Source: Aquificaceae bacterium
Lineage (GTDB): Bacteria > Aquificota > Aquificia > Aquificales > Aquificaceae
Direction: 5' to 3'
DNA length: 26,687 bases
NCBI GenBank assembly: GCA_041640635.1
Contig: JBEPZX010000016.1
Location: 1 to 26,687 of the forward strand
The notes below the pieces were generated by a model. The model did not search any database. It saw nothing but the letters and a program-made list of their open reading frames with translations, and was not told where the DNA came from. A program made the position numbers and the translations under genes. Below, piece by piece: positions 25,491 through 26,687 of this stretch. Each line of letters opens with the position of its first letter. Positions within the stretch are counted from its first letter, which is position 1.

Positions 25491-26687
25491 AAGAGAAACT
25501 TCTTAGAAGTTTACCGAAGGTGTCGGAATTGATGGACAAGTTCAAAGGGGAAGGTGAAGAAGTTTACGTAAAGCAAGCCATACGCCAAGTTTTGTCAGAA
25601 GTAAGGCAGGAGATAATCTCGGGCAAAAGAGACAAACTGGCTGATTTGGAAAATCTAATTAAACAGAGGATAAAGGAGCTTAGCTCAGCAAAACTAAAGA
25701 GGGTGGTAAATGCCACCGGTGTCGTAATCAACACAAACTTAGGCAGATCGGTGCTTCCACAAGTAGTGGCTGATTTTATTGAGCAAATAGCCACCCATTA
25801 CTCCAACTTGGAGTATAACCTACGAGAAGGGCGGAGAGGTTCAAGGCAGTCCATAGTGGAAGAGTACCTAAAGGAACTTACAGGATGTGAAGCTGCAATG
25901 GTGGTCAACAACAACGCCAGCGCCGTTTTTCTGGTGCTAAACACCTTAGCAAAGGATAGAGAGGTCATTGTTTCAAGAGGTGAACTTGTAGAAATAGGCG
26001 GTAGTTTTAGGATACCCGACATAATGCGCATGAGCGGTGCCAAATTGGTGGAAGTGGGGACAACGAACAAAACAAAGTTAAGGGACTACCAAAGCGCCAT
26101 AAATGAAAACACGGCGTTAATTATGAAAGTCCACAGAAGCAATTTTTACATGGAAGGTTTTACGGAGGAAGTAAGTCTAAAAGATCTCCTTTCACTTGGG
26201 TACCCTGTGTATTACGATGCAGGAAGCGGAGCTATGCTTGACTTAAAGAGTCTTGGGATAAACGTAGAGGAACCTAGTTTTGTAGAAAGTATAAGCTTAG
26301 GTGTGCATATTGTATCTGGCAGTGGAGACAAGCTCTTAGGTGGACCTCAGGCAGGTATCATATTAGGCAAAAAAGAGTTCATAGAAAGGATAAAATCAAA
26401 CCCATTAAGTCGAATCGTAAGGATAGACAAGCTTACACTGGCAGGTTTAGAAATCACCCTAAGGCTTTATCTGGAGGGCAAACACCAAGAAATTCCCACA
26501 ATAAGAATGCTTACAACAAAAGAAGAAGAGCTAAAAAAGAGAGCAAACAAAATAGCAAAAAAACTGAGAAAACTAAAGAACTTGGAAGTAAGAATCATAA
26601 GAGATATGTCCCAATGTGGTGGGGGCTCTCTCCCTAATCTGTATCTACCTACCTACTGCGTGGCTGTAAAGCACAAGCACTTAAGCG
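25487..26687 (+). CDS. selA: L-seryl-tRNA(Sec) selenium transferase, 3' end outside window
   Basis: Not in the ORF track (no stop in window). Manual translation from ATG 25487 is open to the end: VVNATGVVINTNLGR, YSNLEY, VNNNA, SRGELVEIGGSFRIPD, SGDKLLGGPQAG (PLP Lys). ATGA overlap with selB. Confidence 0.95.
   Translation, partial: MKEKLLRSLPKVSELMDKFKGEGEEVYVKQAIRQVLSEVRQEIISGKRDKLADLENLIKQRIKELSSAKLKRVVNATGVVINTNLGRSVLPQVVADFIEQIATHYSNLEYNLREGRRGSRQSIVEEYLKELTGCEAAMVVNNNASAVFLVLNTLAKDREVIVSRGELVEIGGSFRIPDIMRMSGAKLVEVGTTNKTKLRDYQSAINENTALIMKVHRSNFYMEGFTEEVSLKDLLSLGYPVYYDAGSGAMLDLKSLGINVEEPSFVESISLGVHIVSGSGDKLLGGPQAGIILGKKEFIERIKSNPLSRIVRIDKLTLAGLEITLRLYLEGKHQEIPTIRMLTTKEEELKKRANKIAKKLRKLKNLEVRIIRDMSQCGGGSLPNLYLPTYCVAVKHKHLS

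Noticed and set aside
1..26687. Selenoprotein (UGA readthrough) candidates, given selA/selB
   Set aside because: The TGA stops examined end full-length proteins, mostly in ATGA-type overlaps (petB, permease, mqnE, hemerythrin, selB) or followed shortly by another stop (norB). None aligns with a family Cys position. A bSECIS scan would be the formal test.

Overview
Compact, AT-rich, gene-dense bacterial chromosomal segment. Protein sequences are most like Aquificaceae (Aquifex/Hydrogenobacter/Thermocrinis type); this assignment is from recognition, not a search. In order: partial TIGR01212/YhcC radical SAM gene, a heme-c/HAMP/GAF/GGDEF diguanylate cyclase, mutS2, sqr divergent from petABC (cytochrome bc1), a three-gene secreted His-rich beta-propeller + DUF318 permease + DUF1980 operon, trpD, trmI, rsmG, SCO, a pentaheme cytochrome c, mqnE, a DUF62 SAM hydrolase, a cupin, a CopD-like membrane protein, norCB with a small third gene, a divergent membrane protein/hemerythrin/membrane protein trio, selB and partial selA. 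Most notable: (1) a back-to-back junction near 18270 of two 5'-truncated tetrapyrrole genes (siroheme decarboxylase nirDL and a sirC/cysG-like gene), an apparent scar of a lost or rearranged heme d1/nir block next to nor; (2) a beta-propeller with one His at the same position in successive blades, co-transcribed with a Cys-motif permease pair; (3) rsmG with no ATG/GTG/TTG start but a strong SD ahead of ATT; (4) a symmetric 21-bp bidirectional, leaderless-type promoter between trpD and trmI; (5) two paralogous three-repeat NnrS/heme-copper-oxidase-like membrane proteins with complementary His sets. I saw no rRNA, tRNA, CRISPR array or mobile element.
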